Of a DNA stretch of 64,000 nucleotides, positions 9,619 to 19,084 are shown in pieces (position 1 is the first letter of the stretch; each line of letters starts with the position of its first letter). Source of the stretch: Candidatus Thorarchaeota archaeon (lineage in GTDB: Archaea; Asgardarchaeota; Thorarchaeia; Thorarchaeales; Thorarchaeaceae); contig JAWOEX010000024.1 in the NCBI GenBank assembly GCA_046482545.1, positions 1 through 64,000 on the forward strand, read 5' to 3'. The notes under the pieces are model-generated. The model was not told the origin of the DNA. It was given only the letters and a program-made list of their open reading frames with translations, and searched no databases. A program made the position numbers and the translations under genes.

Positions 9619-10530
9619 TCAAAGTGGAATGTCTGGCAGAGGCTCTCTTCTTTCAATCCAACCGTCCGGAATTCCTTCTCTTCCTACTCTGCTAGCCACT
9701 ATCCCGCCAACCATGGCGCAGGTCGTATCGATATCTCCCAGTCCACTAGCGGTATACCAAAGTGCCTCTTCATAATCGTCTAGATGCAGTCCAGCGCACC
9801 ACAGAACAAACGGAACCGTATCAAAGGTAGTTATCTTCGAGCCATTTCCGATTCTGCTAACGACCTCTCGTATGGGAATATCAGGATTCAAACTCAAGGC
9901 TTCCAAGATTGCTTTACGTGTTATGCTATCTGGTACAGTTTCAAGTATTTGCTCTATGAATTCATGAACATTGGGCGGTCTATCTTCTCTCGTCTGATAT
10001 GCCAATGCAGCACCAGTAGCAACCGCTATTGCTCCGGCTGTTGCTTCAGAATGGGCATGAGTTACTTGCGCGGATTTCGCTGCATTCTCTGCCACCGCGT
10101 CCAAATCTGTGGCAAAATATGCTCCAACAGGGGCAACGCGCATTGAAGCACCATTACCGTATGACCCTTCCCCGCCGAAAAGGCTGTCAGCTACTTTCTG
10201 CCAGTCTTCTCCTTTTGAGATTCTTGGGAGAGCTTCGTGCATTCCCCTACCGTATCCCCTTCTAGGATTATAATTCTCACAAAAGCTTTGGATAAGTGCA
10301 TCTTGATCGATTTCACCATGTTCCTCTAGTATTGAGACTACGGACATCGCCATCATGCTGTCATCAGTATATTGCCAAGGGGCTGGAGGTAGCTTCCTTT
10401 CCTCTATCCAATTCTCAGATATTCTTCGTCGGTCAAAAAACATCTCACCAAAAGCATCTCCAAGTGACAGCCCCTCCAAGGATACCCTTGCTCTCCCAAT
10501 TTGCTCCGATAAGTCATGCTCACTATCCAT
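9619..10530 (-). CDS. ADP-ribosylglycohydrolase (DraG/ARH family)
   Basis: GDAFG, YTDDS, SYGNGASMRVAP, GDIDT motifs. Confidence 0.9.
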   Translation of the reverse strand: MDSEHDLSEQIGRARVSLEGLSLGDAFGEMFFDRRRISENWIEERKLPPAPWQYTDDSMMAMSVVSILEEHGEIDQDALIQSFCENYNPRRGYGRGMHEALPRISKGEDWQKVADSLFGGEGSYGNGASMRVAPVGAYFATDLDAVAENAAKSAQVTHAHSEATAGAIAVATGAALAYQTREDRPPNVHEFIEQILETVPDSITRKAILEALSLNPDIPIREVVSRIGNGSKITTFDTVPFVLWCAGLHLDDYEEALWYTASGLGDIDTTCAMVGGIVASRVGREGIPDGWIERREPLPDIPL

Positions 10531-10633
10531 AGAATTGCACCATGATCCTTTGTTTCAAAATAACCCCATGTACTCTTTTAGTCTTGGGTGCACATCATCA
10601 ATCCAATTGCAGACAGTATGCCGCAAAATGAGA

Positions 10634-11206
10634 TTATTCTTGCATTTCGTTTTCGCCGTAGAAAAGTTCTCCGAGATGTCGCATTGCCTCCTTGACACAC
10701 TCGTCTGATCCGCTAACCTGCAGATGCCTTTCTCCGTCCAAAGATATGAGAACCATACAGCTTTCTGCCAAGTCAGAAATGATCTCGACAGGTATTTCCT
10801 CTGGTAATCGTATTCTGAAGAAGCTGATGTCTTTATCCCGCGGAAGATCAGAGATTTGCGCCTTCGACTCTTCGGGGGCAGGGTCAATGTTGCCGTGTAC
10901 GGCGTTCTGAAACCGTTCTTCCCATGACTCCCTGTATTCTTTTCCTCCTTCTCGTTCCGCCCACATCATGAGGGTCTCTCGCGTGCGGTCGACTTTTCCC
11001 TGCATCTCCTCTTGAAGTGCAGCATCACGTTGTTCCATCTGTCTGATGTCTTCATCAAATGAGCTGAGGTATTCTATTATCATCTTGGAACTACGGAGGT
11101 CTTTGTAGGTTGTATCCGGGGGACTGAAACTATGCTTCGATTTCAAATCTCCAAGCAAGTCATTGAGAACCATCCATCCTGCACGTATGCCCTCGATTGA
11201 TGCCAC
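10634..11206 (-). CDS. DUF2096-like archaeal protein
   Basis: N-terminal WMVLNDLL.DL..K..DLRSSK pattern; co-oriented directly after hdrA. Confidence 0.6.
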   Translation of the reverse strand: MASIEGIRAGWMVLNDLLGDLKSKHSFSPPDTTYKDLRSSKMIIEYLSSFDEDIRQMEQRDAALQEEMQGKVDRTRETLMMWAEREGGKEYRESWEERFQNAVHGNIDPAPEESKAQISDLPRDKDISFFRIRLPEEIPVEIISDLAESCMVLISLDGERHLQVSGSDECVKEAMRHLGELFYGENEMQE

Positions 11207-11212
11207 CTATAC

Positions 11213-14200
11213 TCACTCCCTCAACATTTCTTCAATCTGTTGCAAGAAGCTCTCTTCTCGCCACCAGCGTAGGTCCCGTGCACCTGTTGGACAGATTGCA
11301 CAACAAGCACCGCATCCTTCGCAGCGAAGTTCGTCAGTTCGGCTCTTCTTTACTCCAGGTTCTACTTCAACCATCGATACTGCATCGTATGGACATATTT
11401 CCGAGTAGTTACACAGATCGCAACCTACACACAGATCTTGGTCAACTTCTGCAACCAATAGCTCAATTTCCACCGTACCCAGATTCAATGGAGCACAGGC
11501 TGCACTTGCTGCTCCTCGTGCTTGGTTAATCGAATCTGCAACATTCTTCGCATAGGTTACACCCAAAAACACGCCAGGGATATTAGTCTCAACAGGCTTG
11601 AATTTCATGTGCATTTCTCTCAGGAATCCATCGGCTCCTCGGGTAATGCCTATCGCTTTCACTAGTTCATCCACATCATGAGGTGCTTCAAGGCCAACAG
11701 CTAGCACAACCATATCTGATTTGATTTTCAACGTTTTCTGTGATAATGTGTCATACATGGTGACAATTGCCCTTTCTCCGTCCTCAGTTGGCTCAACTTG
11801 CGGCGGATTTTCCCGCACCCATCGCAGATAGCTGACGCCTTTCTGCCTGTTCTCTCTCCACATCTCCTCCATTCCATTAGCGAATGGTCTGATGTGTTCC
11901 TTGTAGGCTGAGAATACCCTGATATCCGGGAACATTTCCTTCAGCTCGTTCTGCATGGCTATGACAGCAGAACAACAAACCCTGGAACAATATCTGTTTC
12001 CTTCACCCGGGCTCTGTCTTGATCCGACACAATGAATGAATATTGGATTCTTTGGCGGCTCTTCAAGCTCCCCATTCTTCAACATCCGTTCAAGTTCAAG
12101 GGTCGTTATTACCGCAGGAGTTTGTTCCCATCCATATTCACCGTCTTCAGGGTCATAGGTGTCTGTTCCTACGGCAATTACCATGGATCCTATCGTATGG
12201 CTAGTTCGTTCACCGTTCTGATTCTCCAGAGTGATTATATAGTTCCCATATGTTCCATCGCGAGCTACGGGTCTCGAGTTAAGAATCACTTCGATTCTAT
12301 CTTGTTCTTCAACCCTAGCTATCAGATTATCTACGATTTCCTGAGCGTCAACCATTTCTGGGAATAGCCTGTAGAGATCGTTGAGTCTTCCACCTAACCT
12401 ATCATTCTTCTCCACTAGGATGACATCAAAGCCTTTTCGTGCGACATCGAGTGCGGCAGTCATTCCAGACACTCCTCCTCCGACCACCATACAAACCGGT
12501 GTCACCTCGACTGTTTCAATAGGTACCTCTTCATTATTGATTGCCTTGGCCACGCCGCTTCGAATCATATCTTGGGCCTTTTCTTGACGCACTTCGGGGG
12601 GGTCATTTGCGTTAACCAGTGTGAGTTGCTCACGAAGTCCCACTGGACCAACTAGGTAGTACCCCGACAATCCTGCAGCTTCAAGTGCCGACCTGAAGGT
12701 GTCCTCGTGCTGCAATGGTGAACATGATCCTACTACGACTCTGTTTAGATTGTGTTCTTTGATGGCCTCAGTAATAAGCTCCTGACCTGGGTCACTGCAC
12801 ATGAAGATGTAGTCGGTACTATAGGCAACATTCGGCAAATCACCGGCCCAATCAGCCAATGCAGGCGAATCAATCACATCGCCGATAATTCCTCCACAAT
12901 GGCATATGAAGACCCCTACTCGGGGCTCATCGCCCACTTCAATTGGTGGTACTTTCTCTTGAGGCTCTGGTTCCGGTACTGGTAATATGGACTCTGCAGC
13001 CATCGCTGCTCCCTTGCCCTCATTTACTGTATCGGTTCCATCCTTTGGACCATGAATAGTACCAGCCATGAAAATACCTGGTCGGGTAGTTTCGAGTGCA
13101 GCTGAATTGGGATTTTTCTCTTTGACCCATCCAGTCGGTTCGAGTTCAATATCCAAAATCTGTGCGAGTTCCTTGTACCCTTCTGCCGGTCTGAAACTGG
13201 AATTCAAGACTACCATTTCAACACTCAGTTCCTGAATTTCTCCGGCCTCCGTATCCTCAATTTTGACCATCAGATTGTTTGTATCGGGGTCTTCATTGAT
13301 TTCCGCTGCGCGTCCCCGGATGAAGTTGATAGCTTGGTTGTGCTGGCTATCCCAAAGAAACTCTTCAAGGGCTTTTCCACAAGTCCTCAAATCCATGTAC
13401 GAGTAGTAAATCTTGCAGTGATCTTCCGGATAGTGCATACGGGTAACTTGAGCCAGCTTCAATCCAAATGAGCAACAGACTCGGTTACAGTGATTGCTAT
13501 ATCCCTGAATGTTTTCTCGCACATCTCTTGAACCAACACAATTGACGAAGAGAATAGATTCTGGTTCCTTACCATCCGATGGCCGTACCATATGTGCATC
13601 TGTTGGTCCGGTAGGATGTGTCTGTCTATCGTATTCTAATGTTGTGACAACATTAGGAAATACACCATACCCGTACTCCGCATAATCCGTAGGGACGTAT
13701 TCCTGAAAACCTGCTGCGTTGATAATTGCTCCCACATTCAAGTCATATTCCGTGTCTTCATCGTCGTAGATGATACAGTCTTGGGGGCAGACTCCTGCAC
13801 ATGTTCCGCACCCTATGCAGGCATCTTTGTCTATGGTGGCAACAAGCGGAATCTGTTGCGGAAAATTCATGTATATGGCTTTACGAAGTGAAAGTCCGCC
13901 ATCATATTCATTTGGGACCTCTACAGGACACGACTTGATACAGAGTCCGCATCCTGTACACTTGTCTTCATCTACATAACGAGCTTTCTTGTGTACTGTG
14001 ACGGTGAAATCCCCTGCTTCGCCCTCCACCTTTTTTACTTCAGATAAAGCATGAATCGTGATATTCGGGTGCTTTCCAACAAAGGATGTGAGTGGAGTCA
14101 TAACACAAGCAGAGCATTCCAATGCGGGAAAAATCTTGTAGATCGCCACATAAGCTCCACCGATATTAACCGTGCGCTCTATGAGATGAGCGTGATGTCC

Positions 14201-14311
14201 ACCTTCTGCAAGGGCCAGAGCTGCATTGATACCACCCATTCCTGCCCCAATAATGGCCACATCAGTTGGTTTGGACTTGGCAGAATGTTCGTTGCTGTTA
14301 TCGCTGACCAT
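11213..14311 (-). CDS. hdrA: Second large tandem-type HdrA
   Basis: GAGMGG and GGGVSG FAD motifs, KIFPALECSAC, CVGSRD, CNRVCC, CHCG, multiple ferredoxin motifs. Confidence 0.92.
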   Translation of the reverse strand: MVSDNSNEHSAKSKPTDVAIIGAGMGGINAALALAEGGHHAHLIERTVNIGGAYVAIYKIFPALECSACVMTPLTSFVGKHPNITIHALSEVKKVEGEAGDFTVTVHKKARYVDEDKCTGCGLCIKSCPVEVPNEYDGGLSLRKAIYMNFPQQIPLVATIDKDACIGCGTCAGVCPQDCIIYDDEDTEYDLNVGAIINAAGFQEYVPTDYAEYGYGVFPNVVTTLEYDRQTHPTGPTDAHMVRPSDGKEPESILFVNCVGSRDVRENIQGYSNHCNRVCCSFGLKLAQVTRMHYPEDHCKIYYSYMDLRTCGKALEEFLWDSQHNQAINFIRGRAAEINEDPDTNNLMVKIEDTEAGEIQELSVEMVVLNSSFRPAEGYKELAQILDIELEPTGWVKEKNPNSAALETTRPGIFMAGTIHGPKDGTDTVNEGKGAAMAAESILPVPEPEPQEKVPPIEVGDEPRVGVFICHCGGIIGDVIDSPALADWAGDLPNVAYSTDYIFMCSDPGQELITEAIKEHNLNRVVVGSCSPLQHEDTFRSALEAAGLSGYYLVGPVGLREQLTLVNANDPPEVRQEKAQDMIRSGVAKAINNEEVPIETVEVTPVCMVVGGGVSGMTAALDVARKGFDVILVEKNDRLGGRLNDLYRLFPEMVDAQEIVDNLIARVEEQDRIEVILNSRPVARDGTYGNYIITLENQNGERTSHTIGSMVIAVGTDTYDPEDGEYGWEQTPAVITTLELERMLKNGELEEPPKNPIFIHCVGSRQSPGEGNRYCSRVCCSAVIAMQNELKEMFPDIRVFSAYKEHIRPFANGMEEMWRENRQKGVSYLRWVRENPPQVEPTEDGERAIVTMYDTLSQKTLKIKSDMVVLAVGLEAPHDVDELVKAIGITRGADGFLREMHMKFKPVETNIPGVFLGVTYAKNVADSINQARGAASAACAPLNLGTVEIELLVAEVDQDLCVGCDLCNYSEICPYDAVSMVEVEPGVKKSRTDELRCEGCGACCAICPTGARDLRWWREESFLQQIEEMLRE

Positions 14312-14536
14312 CTACGATTACTCCAGGTTTGATGTGCACTATTTTTCGTTTTCCTGTTTGAGATATAACACTTCTGAAATGGGTTGTCTGAATATTTGAT
14401 GGTTAACCTTCAAAGCTTTATAATAATCGGCAACGACTACTTGAAGCTATAGTATAAGTATGCTAATGCTATCAATTGCTCATCATACTATGGAGCCCCT
14501 CAGCAAGTCGGTAGCATATACAGGAGTTGACCTCGC

Positions 14537-15547
14537 GTGAGATACGTCAAAATGACAACTGCAAACACCTTCAAGTTCCTCTCGTATCTGAAGGAAAACG
14601 TGACACTCTACGCTCCCACCAAGATTTCTCAACAATTCTATGATTTCACAGAGATTGATGATGTAGATGCGGTGGAGTTCAACTACAATCGAACGATACG
14701 CCCTCCACGGCGTCTATTTTTTCCGGAGGAGGAAACAATGTTCCGCTTTGATACCGACAAAGTTGAGCTCTATGAGAATACCCCTCGTGAAGGGAGATTC
14801 GTGGTTTTTGGTGTGCATGCATGTGATGTTGTCGGTCTGCGAATACTGGATGCCGAGTTCATTGATGAGCAGCCTGACCCTTACTACATGAAGAGACGAG
14901 AAAAGGGGATTATCATTGGTCTATCATGTTTGCCCGATGAATACTGCTTCTGCAATGTACGCAGGACCGAGTTTGTGGACAAAGGTTTCGATCTCTTCTT
15001 TCATGAGATAGAGGACGGATATTTGGTGCGTGTAGGGACAGTGCAAGGCCACAAGCTTCTGGATCCAAAACCAGAGCTAGTCGATGAGATAACACAGGAA
15101 GATATCGATTACATGGAGGATTTCGAAGAAAAACGGAGTTCCATGTTCACTGTGCAAGGCAACTGGGATTCGTTGAGGTATTTCTTGGAGTTGCGCCTAG
15201 ACCATGCCATGTACAACCGGGAGAGCGAGAAGTGCTTGGGCTGTGGAAACTGCACCCTTACGTGTCCTACTTGCAGGTGCTATGATGTAAAAGATGTCCC
15301 GAGTATCGACGGCAAGACGGGTGAACGTATTCGCTTCTGGGATTCCTGTCAGTTCAGATCACATGGATTGGTGGCGGGACCACACAACTTCCGTCCAACA
15401 AAGGAATCGCGATTCAAGAACAGGTATCAGTGCAAAAATGCTTATTGCGAGGAAGTAACCACGGCCTATTGCGTTGGATGCGGAAGATGTACCTATTACT
15501 GTCCAGCGGAAATTAATTTCAAGCGTAATTTAATGGAGCTATCATAG
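14537..15547 (+). CDS. hydB: Group 3b [NiFe]-hydrogenase (sulfhydrogenase) beta subunit; last codons supplied by the island junction
   Basis: FGVHACD, CLPDEYCFC, CLGCGNCTLTCPTCRC, WDSCQ, CVGCGRCTYYCP. Confidence 0.9.
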   Translation: MRYVKMTTANTFKFLSYLKENVTLYAPTKISQQFYDFTEIDDVDAVEFNYNRTIRPPRRLFFPEEETMFRFDTDKVELYENTPREGRFVVFGVHACDVVGLRILDAEFIDEQPDPYYMKRREKGIIIGLSCLPDEYCFCNVRRTEFVDKGFDLFFHEIEDGYLVRVGTVQGHKLLDPKPELVDEITQEDIDYMEDFEEKRSSMFTVQGNWDSLRYFLELRLDHAMYNRESEKCLGCGNCTLTCPTCRCYDVKDVPSIDGKTGERIRFWDSCQFRSHGLVAGPHNFRPTKESRFKNRYQCKNAYCEEVTTAYCVGCGRCTYYCPAEINFKRNLMELS

Positions 15548-15548
15548 A

Positions 15549-16234
15549 ATGTGTACTGTGTCCATCGAGCATAGCAAAAAAGGCGTTAAGGTAAGAAGAG
15601 AATATGATGAAAAGGTTGAGGAAACTGTTATTGGTGGTTCTTTTTCCGTGAATGCTGGAATTGATTGTATAAACCTTGGAGATTTGCAAAATTGCAAAAA
15701 GTTGTCTGAGAACCGTTACTGTAACAACTCTAAAATCATCGATATAAGTCCGCTAAAGGAATACTCTAACCCGCATGAAGTAAATCTGGGTCGTAACTCA
15801 TCTGAATATGTGAACTTAACCTCTTTTTCCTTCTGCAAAGAACTACAGAGAATCGCATCAAATTGCTGTAATAATCTTAGATCGTTAGTACTACATAATA
15901 ACAAAATTGAAGAATAGATTTGGATTCTCTATCAGTTTGTAAGAAATTACGTAGTCTGGTGTTGGATGTCAATAGACTTGATAATCTTGACCTATGTTCA
16001 TTGAAATATTGTCAGGATTCTGAACGATTTTCTGTTGATAATAACCGCCATTCAATAGATATCTCCCCGCTCGAAAACGGTGATAGAATAAAGGACGTCA
16101 TTCTTGATAGAAACAAATTGCCAGAAATAGGAGAACCATGGTTCCGATACCTGTCGAAAAATCGCGAGCTACATTTATTAGTAGGTTCCCTACCCACTAT
16201 CGCGGCTTGTATATGTATCTGCATTGGAGCGTAA
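15549..16234 (+). pseudogene. Frameshifted leucine-rich-repeat protein
   Basis: IDISPL..NLRSLVLHNNKI / LRSLVLDVNRL repeats; one missing base near 15912 (GAA GAA [A]TA GAT TTG) splits the two ORFs; low GC. Confidence 0.75.
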
Positions 16235-16441
16235 GTAATGCGGTATGTGACGAGCCACACTTGTTCTGAACCAAGTTGTATGTGCAGTCCTCGGGCCGTT
16301 TGTACTTATTCTCCTTCTGAATTCTGTCCGAGGAATAGACATGACTAGACGAATCCACCTAAGAGAAATCGTGATGACTGATATCATCACTGGAATGATA
16401 CCGGCACCAGCACAGGGTGTGCACTCAGGAGGGGGCACAGA

Positions 16442-19084
16442 ATGAGGTTCCATGCCAAACGTGTGAACAAGTTCCTCTCCATAACCCTTGTGCTGACGCT
16501 GTTCTTCATGTCACTTCATGTTGTAACAGCTGCTGGTTCTGCTAACGATGAAGACACCATTTCAACACCTGAGTATATCATGGATTGTTATGATGGTGTC
16601 GGGTTTGCGGATAGACCTGGCGGCATATCCGACCTGCAATCGACCCTTGACGCTGTCACCCTCCTCATGGAAACCGAGGAGAAGTGGCCGTACGGTTTGT
16701 GGCATATGATCGAAAGCGTTGTGACACGCTACAAAAACATGCAATCCCCGTATCTTAACGGTTTTGTACAGGGTAATGTGTCTCGGGATCACCCTGATTT
16801 CCGCACAACTGCCCTTATTCTTGAGACACTTAAGGCATTGGGAAGACTAGATGCAGTTGACCTTGAAAGAGTTAGACGGTATCTGAAGGCTAGTTTCCAT
16901 GAGTCCCTTACCATGGATCTCTGGCTCACAGAGGGCGATTTCGACCAAAAGTACTGGGCACTCAGGACGGCTGCCGCGATAAATAATGTTGAGATTTTGG
17001 GTATCAAGAAGATAGATTTGGGGCGGATTATCGGTCCTGATGCGAACAGGGCTGACTTCCCGGAAGACGAAACCTACCTACGATGGGGTGAGGAACATTT
17101 TGAGGGGAGTATCTACGGAGGGTTCTCCGAGGAGCCGGAAGATAAGCAGTTCAAGATAATCGACTCGTTCAGCATGATGCTCAAGGAAAAGGACTATGCG
17201 AGAACTATCGCACCTCTTTTGGTGGATTCAGAGGCATTTGTTGATGACATCCTTGAGGGTCTGGCTCAGGAAAGTGCTATCATCGAGAATAGTAACGGTG
17301 AGAAGAATCTCCGCCGGACAGCAAGAGTATATGACATACTCAACAAGACAGGATTGTTGGACAAACCCTTCAGTGATGGGACAGGTGCATACAGAGCAGT
17401 ACATACACACGATTATCTAACACAGGCAAAGGCAAACCTCCGAGGTGGTTTCAGCGACAGGACAACCTCACTTTCTGACCTCCTGTATATCCAAATCCTA
17501 CAAGAAGTGCTTGACAGAGCTATCAATAGCAGGGCCGCGGTATTTTCTCCAGTGTTCTCAGACTCAAACGGAGCCATCCTTGCGAGTGGTGACGAGGCAT
17601 CTGAAACCTTGACAACAGGCATAGAAGAATGGAGTGTGGATTATGATGATATCGTTTATGTTCCCGAAATACTGTTGGAGAATCAAACATCGAAAGACAA
17701 CAACCCTTCACCACTCCCGTTCTTGATTCTGATGTGTTCGCTCATTGGCAGCGTGATAGCATCAGGAGTGCTGGGTGAAAGGAACCTTACAATTTTCCTC
17801 TCGATATGCCTCATTATCCTGTTCGTGGTCCAAACAGGGTTCAGTGTAGATCAAGTTCTCAGGGATGTATCCGCCTTCGTGTCTGAATCATTCTCTAAAG
17901 CTCAACAAACACAACTGGAAGATTCGCTTGGAAACAGTATGCTCTCTATTGGAACACAGTGGCTTGACCTAGACTATTCGGGGCCATCAGAACCAAACGA
18001 GGACCACCAGTTAGAAGAAGACACTCCAGAAACGATGCCTAAACAAATGACCCCCGCAACAGTCAAGGCTTTAGACTCAATAGAGGTCGAAGTTGATATT
18101 CGTCTGGAGATATATCCAAATCTCATAAGGTTAGCAAAAAAACTTTCGAATCTGTTTATCCAAACCGATGATGGAAGATATGATCCAAATATGGTTTGGG
18201 ACATGATAAATACTAAAATCAAAGAAACCGAAAGCTCTACCATTACATTTGGAGAGGGGAATGATATGGTAAGTATGAGTGGTGAAGCAGTCAGGGATTT
18301 TCTAAGTTTTGTAGAAGGATATGAGGAAGTTAGAATACGGGACATATTGGCAGTGCTTGAGAGAGTAGCGAATATTGAATTACAGGGAGAAGAACCTGTA
18401 CTCATCCGGAATCTAGCTCATGATATGAGTAAGAACACCGCAAGAAATCTGGATGGTCTGTTGATGTTGCTAGAGGCTATCGAGGACGGAATAGGCTCCT
18501 TAGGTGACAGTGGTGTGACTGTTGAAATTATATATAACGAGAATGCCATGAAAGAAATTAATGCGATGGTTAAAAAAATCCATGGTGTTTTTCCCCTTGA
18601 TAACAAACAACGTAAGGATATTAGAGAACTAGGATTCCGCATTCATGCGCGTATGGAGGCCGCAGACCTATGTGGTGACAAGACGAATCTTCTAATAAGA
18701 ATCGAAAGAGAAGAGGGATCATACCAAATTATCCGCGACAGCTGGGGTATGGAGATACTTCGACAATGTCTTCCGCAGGGAGATTCTATCGCAAACACAT
18801 TACTACAGAATTATGGAAATAATATCTATGAAATTCTCGGGGAACAAATTCCGTTTCATTTGCAACTAGGTGATACAACCTATACCTATGCTTGGATGTA
18901 TTCCGCAGCCGCTATGCTAAAAGATATTGAGCAAGACCCACGTGTTGATTATTCAGCACGATTATCTTTTGGTAATCTTGAATTGCCGGATATTATACGA
19001 GATGCATTGGACATCGTGATAGATGATATAGCGTCGGATGAAGTGAGGAGAAATTGGGAATCACCCTTCCTTCAAGGGGGGTGA
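16442..19084 (+). CDS. Secreted/membrane protein with prenyltransferase/squalene-oxidase-repeat-like N-terminus and two TM helices; probable N-terminal part of a giant protein
   Basis: Signal-like N-terminus, GFADRPGG..DLQSTLDAV and PDFRTT..LETLKALG repeats, hydrophobic segments ~aa 425-470. Confidence 0.65.
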   Translation: MRFHAKRVNKFLSITLVLTLFFMSLHVVTAAGSANDEDTISTPEYIMDCYDGVGFADRPGGISDLQSTLDAVTLLMETEEKWPYGLWHMIESVVTRYKNMQSPYLNGFVQGNVSRDHPDFRTTALILETLKALGRLDAVDLERVRRYLKASFHESLTMDLWLTEGDFDQKYWALRTAAAINNVEILGIKKIDLGRIIGPDANRADFPEDETYLRWGEEHFEGSIYGGFSEEPEDKQFKIIDSFSMMLKEKDYARTIAPLLVDSEAFVDDILEGLAQESAIIENSNGEKNLRRTARVYDILNKTGLLDKPFSDGTGAYRAVHTHDYLTQAKANLRGGFSDRTTSLSDLLYIQILQEVLDRAINSRAAVFSPVFSDSNGAILASGDEASETLTTGIEEWSVDYDDIVYVPEILLENQTSKDNNPSPLPFLILMCSLIGSVIASGVLGERNLTIFLSICLIILFVVQTGFSVDQVLRDVSAFVSESFSKAQQTQLEDSLGNSMLSIGTQWLDLDYSGPSEPNEDHQLEEDTPETMPKQMTPATVKALDSIEVEVDIRLEIYPNLIRLAKKLSNLFIQTDDGRYDPNMVWDMINTKIKETESSTITFGEGNDMVSMSGEAVRDFLSFVEGYEEVRIRDILAVLERVANIELQGEEPVLIRNLAHDMSKNTARNLDGLLMLLEAIEDGIGSLGDSGVTVEIIYNENAMKEINAMVKKIHGVFPLDNKQRKDIRELGFRIHARMEAADLCGDKTNLLIRIEREEGSYQIIRDSWGMEILRQCLPQGDSIANTLLQNYGNNIYEILGEQIPFHLQLGDTTYTYAWMYSAAAMLKDIEQDPRVDYSARLSFGNLELPDIIRDALDIVIDDIASDEVRRNWESPFLQGG

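Noticed and set aside
4761-14311. Selenocysteine recoding in HdrA/MvhD
   Set aside because: Both HdrA ORFs and the MvhD domain are uninterrupted and have Cys at the motif positions; no in-frame TGA is needed.
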